Shown piece by piece: positions 1-13,799 of a stretch of 64,000 bases of DNA; the stretch's first letter is position 1; each line of letters starts with the position of its first letter. The stretch is taken from the NCBI GenBank assembly GCA_043228905.1, contig JBHGNT010000007.1, forward strand, positions 5,890,001 to 5,954,000, written 5' to 3'. Under the pieces are notes generated by a model. It searched no databases, was not told where the DNA came from, and saw only the letters and a list, made by a program, of their open reading frames with translations. Origin of the DNA: Azolla caroliniana (Eukaryota; Plantae; Polypodiophyta). The position numbers and the translations under genes are program-made.

Positions 1-2881
1 GGTCAGGAAGTCTATGTTGTTATGATGGTCGGCCAATGTGCTACTAATACAAAATATTATGCAAATGACTATATTTGAAGGTTAGAAATGCAATGTCACA
101 ACTCACAACATCCATGCTAAGTTTTAGCCTTCGTGTTTTCAATGGTAGTTTCATAGTGAGCAAACCCATGCACGTTCTCTTAATTGAAGATTCATCTTAC
201 CCCCAATGTTATTGTGTGAGTTTCCGTGATATTGGCACCCCCTTTATTAGAATCATCATTAAAGTATTCCCCTTTGATCATAGCTTCTAGTAACCGTTTT
301 ATGGGGAGTTTCTAACCATAATAAGTTGTTGATTAAGTGCAATTGCATTTAATAGCTATAATCTATGGAATCAAAATCAAAATCCATCGCTTGACATTAC
401 TCTCTATAAGCCAATCTATATTTACTCTCTCTCACTCGCACACCTGAAGAAGTTATTATCAGGAATGTCATCGCCATACTTTTGTTGTATGCAAATAATG
501 TAGTGCTTATTGCAAATACTTTAGACTGAAGGATTGGATATGGGTCAAGAAGTTGTTTGGTGGGTACAAAAAAATTGACAACCTCCCAAGGATGGCATAT
601 GGGGAGAAAGCAAATTTGGGTTCCTATACATAATTGAGTACATGACACCTCTAACAATACGAGTTTGGGAAAACAAAAACAATTTCTGACACCCCCCATC
701 CTTGTTTGAAAATGAATGTGTTAATCAAGGGAACAACAATTTATATGACTTATTACATTCTCTTGTCGTCCTCACCTATTGTTGCTTCATCTTTTCCCTC
801 CAATCATCTTTAACGAGTATCGAACCCTTAACCTTTTGTTAACAAAGGATAACTCTAGTAGTCATTTAAGCTATCATTTGTTGTTCTTGGCATCTTTTTC
901 TAATAATGTGATCACACAAACAACATTAGCGTTCTCATGGTCATATGTGTGAGGTGGGATTAAGTGAGGCACCTCCATTCCCTAGTGGTGTGTATGGAAG
1001 AGAATTGTAAAGCAAGAGGTGTACACACAAAAATAACACAATGGAATAGTAGAAAAGATAGATTGCACAAGAAAAAAGATTGATTGGAAACATATATGTA
1101 TGCGAATAGATAGTAATGCCCTCCAATTAGTGCCCATTCTTTTCTGTACTCACACACACATATAAAGCTACCAATTGAAGTTGAAAAGGTAGTTCATTAA
1201 TGAGCAACAAACTCAAAACCTCTGCGAACATTATTTTTGTGATGCCCAACCTCTCACATTAAGACCTTTTCATGATATCAATTCAGCTCCGACACCTTAA
1301 ATCCAATAATTAATATTACTAATCCTTCAGAATAACATTGAAGAGATCTTGGAACTAAGGTTAGGATTAATGAAGTCAAATTACCAAATACCAAACATCT
1401 CTCTTGCTTTAGAGTCTTTGTGCTTCCATTTCACACTCATATGCTAGTTTTTGCTACAACAATTATGGGTTATCCAAATGTCCCAAGAGTGCCCAAAATC
1501 TGAGCCAATGGAAAAAGTTGGCATCATCTTGTATATGTAAGAAAGGAGACAAACGACCAAAACAATTTTCTTAACTATGTGTTTAGAAACCTAAGTTGAA
1601 GGTTGCCTTTAATTTTAATGAAAGTTCTTGTTGATAAACAAGTACATAACAAGTGAACCAAATTTTCAAACTCGCCATGACATCTCAAACAAAGGGAATG
1701 ATAATATTGTTTTTCTCCAAGTAGAATCCAATCACAGGTAGACATATATGCATACAAGCTGGGGATTCCAACATTCTTTTTCTTATTTTTAATGTTCTTG
1801 TTTTCTCTCTTTGTTTCTTTCTTTTTATTTTTTGCAATGTTAAATGTCACAATCCGAGTCGTGTTTAGAAAGACATAGAAGTGTACTATAATGTCGCAAT
1901 CTAAGTCATGTTTGAGCAAAGTTAACACCTTGTTTTGTAGCAGTGTAGAATCTTGACAAGAAATCAAAGGTCATGACTATTGTACATGCTTTGGATTATG
2001 AACTACACATAGTTGTATGTGTCCCTATCTATCATGAATGGTTGGACCAAATTGCCACTTTGGGCAATCATACATCTTAACATTTGTTGGTCTTGCCGAA
2101 TATATTATCAAATGTTGGTGCTTATATAGATTTTGGAGTTGTAGAGAACTCCAAGTTGAGCTAGGTTGCTTCGTGGGAGTTAGGCTATGGGACGGGGATA
2201 TGATTTTGACCTTGAAATGAATTCCTCATGTGTCTCCTCTCTTTTAAAGGTGTTGATGGTGTGCTACATGGCTTATTTATGTTTAGTTTTGAAGTTTCAC
2301 TCATTAGAGATGTGTGATGCTCCTTTAATCTCATAAAATTGTGTTCAATATGGATAAACCTCTCTAGGAGTAAGTCTCATACTAACTTTCTTTCCTAATT
2401 TGCAATTCCTATTTCGCAAATCATAGCCTTTAAGGCTTGTCCGGTCACAGAACTTGATCATCCAAATTTCTATCTCCTTTTCTACCACTGTAAGCTCAAA
2501 TAGGATTTTTTATCAATCATGTCCTAGTGTGGTAGTGGGTTCCTATTTTGCAAATGATAACTTTTAGCCTTGTCCCACACAAAACTAGATTGTCCAAACC
2601 TTTATCTCCTTTTCTACCACTTGAAGCTCGTATAAGATTTCTAATCAATCATGTTCTAGTGTTTTGTAACGAGATCCTATGTTGTGGATCATAGCTTTCA
2701 ACATTGTCCCATACAGAAGTTCAGAACTGGATCGCCCAAAGTTCTATAATCTCTTTTTCAATTGCTTTAAGCTCTAATAGAATTTGTAATTGATCGTGCT
2801 CTAGTGAGGTACCATCCATTATCGTGCTAATATGCTTGGGTGTGATGATAGAGGAGGTGCTTGCTATGGTGACATTTGTTT

Positions 2882-2918
<37 letters not shown>

Positions 2919-3419
2919 GGGTCAATGAACCGTCACATGTTTTTTTTGCTCAACCGACCCTTCACCAATGGGTAAAATTGTTTAGGGTTTTCTTTAGTCA
3001 TTCAGGTGGGTTTAAATTTAAAAATATCATCCTATCAATACGTTTTCTCTTTTGACATTTTGTTCGTTTTGAAAAAATCTCTTTTCTTATTGGGAAATGA
3101 TTTCTCGTCTAAGATCTAACTTCTCATCAACAAATCTTTTCTCCTCTAAAGATTTTCACCTCCAGCCAAGAAATGATATCTTGTCCAAATTTTGATTTTT
3201 TGTCAAGAAATTATTTCTAATTGGGGCATTGAAATCAAGGGATATATTGCCATTGCAAAAAGACCTCATTGACATAGAAATATATTGATGCATCATGAAA
3301 CATGTGTGTTTCATCCCATCTTCCCACCCATTTTTTCATAGCATGCATCACTAGGACACTAAACTTTGCTTTTATCTATTTTTTGTAGTTTTTTCTTGCT
3401 TCCCATACGATTTTAGGCA

Positions 3420-6010
3420 ATGATGTGGTGAAGTTCTGGATAATGGTAGGTTGTTATTAGTGGAGGAGGAATCTTCAATTATGTCTTCTGCCAAGCAACT
3501 GCCAGTGCGAGTAATTGCTAGAATAGATAAAAAGATATTTATAGATCCTAATCCATTAATTGCTAATTACTCATCTCATATGTGGGTTTTACACTCTAGG
3601 CCAATTGCTGATCTGTAGTGGGATCCGTCGGATTATGGTTGGAAGTTGTCCAAGTCTGAAACTTCACAGACGAAAGTTTTTCCATTCTTCACATATATTT
3701 GTGGCATTGGGTAGAATTTTTTTGTTGAATCAGATAGAGTTGGTACCTGTGGGGGAAAAGTATTGGGAGGCAGGTAATGTGTCATCTTCTCATATGTTGA
3801 AGTTCTAGAAACAGTTTCGGTCACTTAAATGTATGAACAAGGTATTGGAATTTAAATGGTTGATGATCCATTATGCATTGCATGTAGGAGCTTTATTGGG
3901 GGGAACGGTGCCTGATTGATAATGTGTTATGTGTGGGTTTGCATCTGAGACATTGCATCATGTTTTTGGGGGATGTGTTGCAACCAAATGTTTCTTGTTT
4001 CGTATTCTTAGGCTTTTAGGTTGTAAGTATAGGTCGGCTATCTTCACGTGGGGTACAGTCTTTTGGGGAACGTTAGCTCAACAAACGGTTTTTTATCATC
4101 ATCATCATTCATTGTTGACTTTACATGTGAAAAGTTTTCAAGTGTACACTACTTCAAGCCCCTTGCAGGGAATCAAGTTCTTCTCCTGGTGTTATGTTTA
4201 GAAGATTATCTCCTCTGTAGCCTTATTGATTATTTGGAAAGCGAGGTGTTCCAAAATATATAATGTTGAACAAACTAATGTTGTGGATCAGGTTAAGTCT
4301 TTCTGGGAATTATTGGTAAATACGGTTAAAGGTGAATATGATCATTACAAGGGTTATGGAACTACAACTAACCGGAAAAGAAGTAGAATTCGAAGAGTTT
4401 GGTCAACTATTCCTATTATGTTGGATGCAGGTGATGATGTTAAGTGGAACTATGTTCCACCTCGTTGGTTGTTTTCGCCACCGACGTCGTTCTTACTGCA
4501 TACAACATGACTTAACAGGGAGGTCCACGTTAATTACTCCTTATTGATCAATATTGGTGGATTCATCGAGATGGTTGAGGATTCTGATGTTAATTGGAGA
4601 GACTGTTGATGTGAATAATGTAGAATGTCTCCTATTTTTTATCAGGATTAGTGAAGATGGTGGTAGAGGCTGAACCATAGTTTCATGAGGGGATGAGGAG
4701 AACACACTCATTCTGTTTTTTGTTTATACAGAATTTTGTTGGTAAACGGCGAGACGACGGTTGATGTGGAAACCAAGCAATTTTCAATTGTACAGGGGGA
4801 TGAAGCATAATTTCATGACGGGATTAGGAGAGTAGTCTCATTCTGTTTTTTGTAGGTACATGCCCTTAGTGGTATACATCGAGATGGTTGATGTAGTCAC
4901 TGAAGCAAATTTTCTACTTTGTAAGGATGAGTGATGGTGGTGTCGGGGGCTGAAGTAGTAGTAGTTTTTTATGAGGGGATGAGGACAACTCATTCACTCT
5001 ATTTTTGTTGGTATAGGACTTTGGTGGTAAACGAAGAGATGGTTTATGTGGAAAACGAAGCACATTTTCTATTTTTGCAAAGGATGAGTGACGATGGTGT
5101 TGGGGGATGAAGCATAATCTCATGAGGGGATTAGGAGAGTAGTCTATATGTTCAGTTTTTTGTAGGTACAGGACCTTGGTGGTATACAGTGAAATGGTTG
5201 ATGTGGTCACTGAAGCAAATTTTCTATTGTGTAAGGATGAGTGATGGTGGTATCAGGGGTTGAAGCAGTTTTTTCTAAGGGGATAAGGACAACACATTCA
5301 CTTTATTTTTGTTTGTACAGGACTTTGGTGGTAAACGAAGAGATGGTTGATGTAGAAAATGAAGCACATTTCTATTTTTGTAAAGGATGAGTGACGATGG
5401 TGTCGGGAGAAGAAGCAAAATTTCACGGGGGGATCAGGAGAGTAGTGTCATTATGTTTTTGGGTATGTACAGGACTTTGCTAGTCTACAACGAGATGGTT
5501 GATGTAGACTTTGGTGGTAATCGACAACATGTTGGATGGGGAAAAGGAAGAATATTCTCTATGTTTGATAAGGATGAGTGTTGACGTTGTCAGAGGCTGA
5601 AGCATACTTTCATGAGGGGACGAGGACAATAGAATCATTTTCCTTTCTAGTTTATGAGTGTTGGTGTGGAGTTGGAAGCATACTCTTGATGGTCGGCTAA
5701 ACTACATGCTTTGAAGATCACATTCTAGGATTTATAAAGCTGGTTGATTTTGTAGGTATGTTTGTGATGTGTGCTTTTGAGAAGCTGGCTATTTTGTTGG
5801 TTTGTGTTTTTTAGAGGTTGGACTATTCATCGTGTTTATTTGGAGAAGGATATGGCTTCATTGTATTTTCTTGGTCTCTAAAGATTGGCTACATGTCTTT
5901 CTTACTTATCTTTACCTACAAAGGTTGACTACAGTCATATGTAATATTGGACAATTTTGTAGTAAGGCCTCCGGCCACTGTAATGGAGGATATATTTTCA
6001 AAAACAATAA
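3420..6010 (+). mobile_element. 5'-truncated, degenerate L1-like LINE (ORF2 C-terminal zf-RVT region, long 3' UTR, A-rich tail)
   Basis: Broken frames give C.MCGFASETLHHVFGGC (zf-RVT-like) and IIWKARCSKIY...WNYVPPRWLFSPP, a motif shared with the LINE pieces at 22.9 kb and 60.3 kb. It ends in AATGGAGGATATATTTTCAAAAACAATAAA near 5982-6010. The 5' boundary is approximate. Confidence 0.75.
4550..5640 (+). repeat. Tandem array of ~150-155 bp monomers (about 7 copies, alternating A/B variants)
   Basis: The motif GGTACAGGAC(C/T)TTGGTGGTA...GAGATGGTTGATGT...AAGGATGAGTGA recurs near 4725, 4855, 5010, 5165, 5315 and 5465. Confidence 0.85.
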
Positions 6011-8085
6011 ATTATTTTGTGCATCTCCTAAAGTATTCAACATACAATAAAAACATAATGATGGCATTCCCAATGGTCACTTCTTCAATGGCTTGTTTCT
6101 TTGCAAACTTGGTATCTTAGTTGTGACACTCAATTTTCAAGAATTTTACTTATGGATGTTGAAAGAGAGACAAAGAGGGAGAGAAAAAAATTGATTATTG
6201 ATTGAAAGGTCTTTAGAAAAATGCAAAAAGCGTTTGGATCTTAATTGTAATTGTTTCATAAGCATGAGAGCATCCCATGATTATCTTCCCAAGAATGAGA
6301 TCCACTCTAAGACAAATCAAACCAAGTAGAGCACAGATCACAAAATAGAATAAGGAGCATAGGTCGTAAAGGAGACATGAATATTTATTTAAGGGAATAA
6401 ATATATGTACATACATATTCACCTGAAGTTAAAAATTCTCAAAACATTAACATGAACCACAAAGTACATATTAAAGCATTAAGTGTTATAGCATGGTGTA
6501 TACAACATACAAATCTCCTTTGCACACAAAACAATACATACATACCTACATACATACATACACCCATAGAAATGCATACATATTCATACAAGCATGCAAC
6601 ATGTTATATAAATCACAGGCATACATATGTATTTATATAGACAAGCATACAACATATTATATAGAATACATGCATGCATATTGATACACATACATACCCA
6701 ACCATACTTTACTTTTGGATATGTAAGCACGGGATTGCACATTTTAGCAATGGCATAGTGTTGTAGACAACATTATCCTTTATCATTTCCAATAATGATC
6801 CTTAGGTTTAGTTGTAAACCATGATATTTATAACCAAAAGCCTAATAAGTCAATCATTGATTGGGACATATTTCACATGTTCTAATGATCCTTCACTATT
6901 GTGCTTTACCCAAAACTAAAATGTGCATGACTTGAAATACTACTCTTCAAAATAAGTTTTAATATTCCAAAGGCTTCGACTTGCAGTGCCTTGTTTTCTC
7001 CATACTATTACATAACAAGAAGAAACAAGCACATTTTTATATGATAATGGAAATGACACTATATAGGACATGTATACTTCATTACACCAACATACTCGAA
7101 TGTTTTTTAATCCAAACACAAGGCCCTAGGGCATAGCAAAACTCACATGTTCAACCTAACTCACAGATGTACATACAATTTCACAAGCATGTAATGCCTT
7201 CAAAGTTTTCACATGTACAACTATACATGTATAGACATGTAAGTTGGCCAAAATGAGATGCAAACCAATCACGAATTCCACTCACCAGACAAAATATTAC
7301 TGATGTCAAATCATCACTCATGTCAAATCAATGAAGATGGCTCAAATGAAATTGCGTGTCTTGTTATGAAATTATATGTATCTATGTATGTGTGTTTATG
7401 TATTCAATAAATTATTTAGTTTATGTTTGTACATAGACATATCTAAAGATATACGTCGTGTAAAACCAAAAACAAGAGTTTGTGCTTAAAGAGGGTATTC
7501 AGAAAATAGGAAAGTATTTAAAAGTAACTTATTAATCAATATAATGATAAACCTTGAAGCATAAATACAAATATTGAAGTCATGTGTGCAATGGTCAGTT
7601 GAGTAGGAACTACAAGATTATCAACTTAATTGCAACCCCCCATAAGAAAGTTATGAATCACACCGTTACAAATTATAAAGATTTAAGTTCATTATAACAA
7701 CTTCAATTACAAAAGGTAAGTAGACCATTGCAAATGTCATAGATTTAAGAAATGCATTATAACATCTTCCATTAGAAATTTGTGGATAAAGATAGACATG
7801 TATACATATCAGTAAGCGGATGGCTAAATGGTAGTAGCTACATCACAACATGACTGAGAAGTTTTGACAACAACTTGACATACATTTAACAATAGTGTTC
7901 TTTTATAGTGCCAAAGGTGTCATATTCAACTACAGAATAACTATACTAGATTGAGAAGTTCAGAAATGGTAAGAAATTTAGTGAACTCTAGTTTGGATAG
8001 AACATTGAAGACGTAAAGAAAGAAAGAAAGTGGCCTATGCTATATCATACTCGTAAATATAGATAATTTTTTTGTTAATGGAATA

Positions 8086-9735
8086 CTAGATGGGAACTTG
8101 GTTTCCCTCAAATGTTTGCCCAAATCGCCAGTTTGAGGGAGCAACATCATAAGAGGTGACAACATGTCCATGGCTTAGCACAACTATAAAAGAGAGGCCT
8201 TGACCAACAAGGATAGTATCACATTGCCAATTTTGACCCCAATTTCTCTTCATTTGCATCCACCCTGTGCTCGATCCCTTGATATACATTTGTGCAACAT
8301 CTCCACTGCCCGCAACATTGGTTACAAGCACGAGGTTGAAGTAGTCGAAGCCATTCATTGTGAAACGAATCCCGCCTTGTTTAACACAAGGGACACTGGA
8401 GAGAGAGTGAGAGAAAAAGATAGTGAGGGTGCTAGTGAGAGAAAAGTCGCCTATAAAAAGCTTAAAACACCAAAATATCCCCAACTTTTAAACAAATGAT
8501 GGGAATGCACCTACATGTTTCAACATAGCCCTACATTTCGATGAAATCATAAATATTAGCAATTTAACATCTAGATGATTATGAACGTTAAGTATAGGCT
8601 CATGTCCCTGAAGAGTAAACATTGCTTTACGAGAGTGCGGGTTACTAACTCCGATTTCCTACTTAAAAAGAGTTAAGATTTATAATGGGTGTTGATTTAT
8701 GGGGGTCTTGCTCAACTAAACAAATGAATGACACTCGTAAGTAAGTAGGGGGGGGGGGGGGTATATGGTCGGTTAACACAATGAAGTTGATGAAGCTTTC
8801 CGGGCCGAAAATGATTGAAAAGGAAGGGAATTGGCCGAGCAAATGAGACTAGCGGAAAGGCGAGACCGAGTGCTTTTTCTTTAAATAGAAGGGGGCTAAC
8901 TAGTTCGGTCAAGGGCAATTAGGATCGATAACTAGAATGTAGTAGAAGGAGTTTATATCGGGGCTAAACTTGTCGGCATTGCATCGTGTGGGTGCGCCCA
9001 ACGGGGAAAAGGGGCCATATATATATATATATGTAATTTTTAGTGACAATTTGAGTCTACTATGAAAGGAAGTAGAAGAAGTGAGTAGTAGAACCGGCGG
9101 TAAAGAACAGGGACTATGCCCCCACGGTAATGGGCGATCTTGAGGAAGGCCGGCTGGGCCATGTCGAAGTGCCGCCTCGGAGGGTTGCACCACCCGCCAT
9201 TGTCGGTCGGCTGAGCCCAATTGGGGGGGCAGAAGTTCGTGGCGGTCACGATCACGGAGAGCCCACCTCCTCCGTCCACACACCATTGCGGGTCATCCAC
9301 GCATCGGATCTCGTAGCACGCCCCGCACCTCTCGCCTCCCACGAACAATGCCGTGCTTAGTGCCGCCGTTTGCGTCCCGTACCCCTGGCTGTAGAGATCA
9401 CCATACCCGCACGCACCGCCTACACACATACACACGCACGCACATTCGGTTCAAAACAAACAAATGGATCGATCGCAAGCATGCACGCAAAAAATGGTAC
9501 TAGAATTATGGTTCGATTCAATGAATGAACGATTAATCTCCTCTCTCTCACCCATGGTGCCGGATGCATCGCTGCCGCCGTAGAACGTGGCGTGGGCATG
9601 CCTCCACACTGAGTAATGGGCGTGGGCGAGCCGAGGGGAGGTACTGTAGAATGTCCATAGTGCCACGAATATGGACGTCCAAATCGAGGCAGGAAGACGA
9701 GAATTCGGGTTCATCATTGTCGGGGTCATGGGCAT
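8086..9735 (-). CDS. EXPA: Alpha-expansin; exons 9735-9552, 9419-9095, 8395-8086 (~272 aa)
   Basis: Motifs [15 protein letters not shown]|[14 protein letters not shown]...TATNFCPPN...[10 protein letters not shown] and [13 protein letters not shown]...NWGQNWQ...W.FGQTF. GT-AG introns are at the conserved expansin positions and phases are consistent (184+325+310 = 819 nt). The start may be a slightly downstream Met. Confidence 0.96.
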
Positions 9736-9930
9736 CCAATGTGTGGGAGGGAAGGCAAGATTGGATTTTACAAGGAGAAGTTAATGATTTGTGGGTGTGT
9801 TTTTGGCTCCCTCAAACAAAACACACACACATATATATACACATATGAATGAATGGATTGTTGTGCATACATATATGGACTTATAATATTAAGACATCAC
9901 TTGGTACTATTATATTAGTGAAGAAATTAG

Positions 9931-9971
<41 letters not shown>

Positions 9972-12900
9972 GTAACAAAGGAAACAAAGCTTTTTTAAGT
10001 GATTTTGTTTGGTGTCCCAATGTCCCTAAATGTGGACGTGTGTGAAAACTAGAAAGTGTTTAAAAAAAAGGAAAAAAGAAAAGAAAAGGTGATTGCTTTC
10101 ATCACAAAACTAAAAGAGAAAAAGGTCACCCAATCACACCTTACCCATGTACAACCATGTACCTGTGTGCACGCACACGCACGCATATATCCATATATTA
10201 CACCTCAATCTTACCCCCCCCCCCCCCCCCCCCTAGCCATCAGAATCACAAAAATTCAATGTCACACGACGTTCACCTTCTCTACACCCACGCCGACAAG
10301 CTAATATATGATTTGGATACTATATAATGAGCTTTACCTATGCGGTGTGCACTGCACATTTTCATAGGCCATGCTACTAAGATTTGGATACCATATCGTG
10401 AGCTTACCTACATGTCCTTATTTTTCCCTTTTTAATCTGGATCTTACTTCATGTGGCACTTGCATGCACATCATGAGTTTTAACTACATCGTTTCTAAAT
10501 TCACATGTGATACACCTAATCTACCTTCAGACATGACTCAAGAAAAATAATCAACTCAACTACGTGTGGTGTTACCATTGTCCATGTATATATGAGAACA
10601 CTTTCGCCCCAAACTTATCGATAGTTTGGCATACATCCTAGATGGCTTGATGGTTTGAGACAAACCTTTGCATGGTGCATCATGATGAGAACCCATGAGT
10701 CCCATCATGAGGAGCATTACATGCCGATGTTGGAAACTCCTGTGATGTACTAGTAATAATCTTACTCTTGTCAAGCAAAATAATTAGCACCCATGAGTTT
10801 CATCATGAGGAGCATTACGTGTCAATGTTGGCACTCTTGGGATGTACTAGTAACAACCTTACTCTTCTTACTGTTAACAATCTTATTGTATGATCATGAT
10901 GCGATATAATGCATATTCATGTTATGCTATTAAAAGGAAAACTATTAAGGTTGATGCACATTAAAAGAAAAACCATCAAGCTTATTAAGTACCCCTAAAT
11001 GAAACTATTTATATCATAAAGTCGATTCCGGTTTTTAACTTAGTACGTCTCAAGTTATGACCACATCTAGTTCTCAGTAAACATTCCTTAAATGTATTTT
11101 TGATAGGTCTATATGTATATATTTTTAAGGTTTAATCATGTGGTCCAAAAATTTCCCCCACACCCTTCCTCCCCACAAAAAAAGAGAGCCCATGTACGTT
11201 GTTGGGCTCTTGAAAAGCATAATCATTGTGTTGTTCTTTGTGGATTGAATAAGTTCATGATATGGATTTAGGTTTCGACCATGCCCTTAAATAGAGCTTA
11301 GAGCAATTATTGATATTGTAATAGAACGATGCCCAAAAATTATGCGAGAAAATTGTCATACATTACTACGACAAACTCAAACCCAAGAACCCAAATAGAG
11401 AATTATACAAATTTAGATTATAGCATGCTTTTTGTAGGGTAAATAGCAAAAAGAAAAGGTTTCAACTCATTGTATATTATGGTTACATTTTTGTGAGGGA
11501 GACCCTTTGAGGGTATCACAACCTCCATCACTTCTAACCCCTTGGCCTTAATTTTACCCTATAATTGATGGCTAGTTGTTTTGCGCTTACACAAAACTGA
11601 CAAGTTAAAACTGAAGTAATTTGGTTAAGCCATGATATGATGTCTTGGACAATTGATTTGGTGTTTCACCCAATTTGTTAGCCTTGTTATGGTTGTGCTT
11701 TTTGCCATAAACATGCCCCACATTGCTTCTTCTAATTGTTCTCAGGGTCATGGATTTCATTACATTGGTGGCCATTATTTGGTGCTTGTATTCAGCCCCT
11801 ATCTGCACAATCCTAGTACTTCTTACATACATTATGTCGTTATTTGTGTTTGTTTATACGCATTCCAATATTCCCTAGTTAGGGGCTTAATTAACTAAAT
11901 TTGTTTATTCATCCTTATTAACATTTTTGTGGTTACAAGCAATTTATATTCTCCAAAGCTTTTTCCTGTCTTATGAGTTATATAACTCCTTTCCATTTGG
12001 GAGCTTATAGCTTCCCTTAATCTCCATGGTGTATTTGGGACCAACTACCCTCGTGTCACACTTTATTTATTCTTTTCATTTATTCTAGCTTTTCATCTCT
12101 TGTCCTCTTTTCTTGCATATAAACTTGCCTCCTTAGTACCAATACCAATGTCGACACCAATGGAAAGTGTGAGACATATGACAAGTTTTTAACAATAGAG
12201 AAACTATATAGAACAAATAGATCATATAGTAAGAGAGGCAAGCGTTGATGCAATGATTATAATAGAAAAAGTATACACATGAGCATTACGATCAAGTGAA
12301 ATAGGTCATATAGTAAGGGCAAGCATCGATGCATGATTATAATAGAGAAATTATACAACACTAGCATTATGATCAAGTGCTCCTAAGCAAGTAGATAAGA
12401 TACACACCTTATTATCTTCAAGTGAAAAAATGATGTTAGAATTCTCATTAAGGTTCCTAGAATATATTAGATTGCTAACCTTAGCAACAAGTTCATCTAG
12501 TGCATTTACCTTCGAACCACATTTTCCATCGAACAGAATCAAGGGCTTAGTCAGTAACTTGGTGACACCAACAATTGTCACGTAGGAATCATACATGTAA
12601 GTGTTGACATCTAAGAAACTGATTTCCGAGGGCAAGTAACACGGGCACCACAATCGCCGGGAAGTATCACAACCCGATCAGATAAGAAACATAGGTATCG
12701 AGAATCGCCAACAAGTGTCCTATTCCGATTAGGTTAGAAACATGGGTATCGCGATCGCCAACAAGTGTCCTATTCAGATTAGGTTAGAAACATGGGTATC
12801 GCGATCGCCAAATAGTGTCATAGGGACCGATATATGTCCGGCATTAAGGAACTTAGTTAGGACTAACAATGGACATGGCCCATCTAGCATCATCATTCAC

Positions 12901-13799
12901 TCCCCCCCTTTCCCATTTCAAATTCCATAGCCCTGCAGGCTGCAACCAAACAAGAGCAGGGTATATTGAATTCAAAGACTGAAATGGCAATACGAGCTGA
13001 GAAAACGTCATGGCAGCATCCCTAGGAGACCGTAGCACTGGACAAACCTCGAATTGATGCAGAAAATGGAAGTAAATTTCATTCAATTTGCCCCTAGGAT
13101 CGACAAGTTCATGATTTGGATATTGGAACCCTATGTGAAATCTATGCTTGAAGCCAATGACAGGACCAGGCGCAAAAGGATGCGATATCTTCAATGATCA
13201 ATGCTGCCATACATTGGACCTTGTTAGTATATTCTTTTCTCTCAGGAAATTCGTTATATTTCATTTCTTGTTGTGCTTGAAAATTTTCTAGAATTTGGTG
13301 TGCAAAGGGGATTGCAAATGATGGGTTTTGTGCATTCTAGGTTTGAGCATCAATCTTCAGATGGAGTAACTTGAACCGGTTTGAAGAGAGATCTTCTCAA
13401 TTGATCTGAATCTTTCATGGCATACTCTTTTTCCTCACTAGGTTAGGTCATGACTCATGAATGCACCTTTGGCTGGTAATGATCTCATATATATCTATAA
13501 TCTTTCTCCCACACGTTTGTAACTTTTCAAAAGATGTTGTATATTCATGAGCATTCCTGATTATTTTCATGTGTTGCTTAAGCCTACAAGAATTCTGCAT
13601 CATCATCATATGGCAGCTGGCACGTTGTCAATATCACGGGGCTTATGCCACAGTGGAACCAGAAAACCATTCGTCCATCTGTATGTATAGACATCTTGGC
13701 ATATAAAATGATTGAGCTTGAAATTTAGGTTCTGAAGTTTACTTTTCTTCAAAAACAATATCCTTGTTCACTTACAGGTCTTACTATCAAATAACCAAG

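Noticed and set aside
1-2400. Short ORFs at the window start
   Set aside because: No recognisable motifs or coherent exon chain; probably intergenic or decayed repeats.
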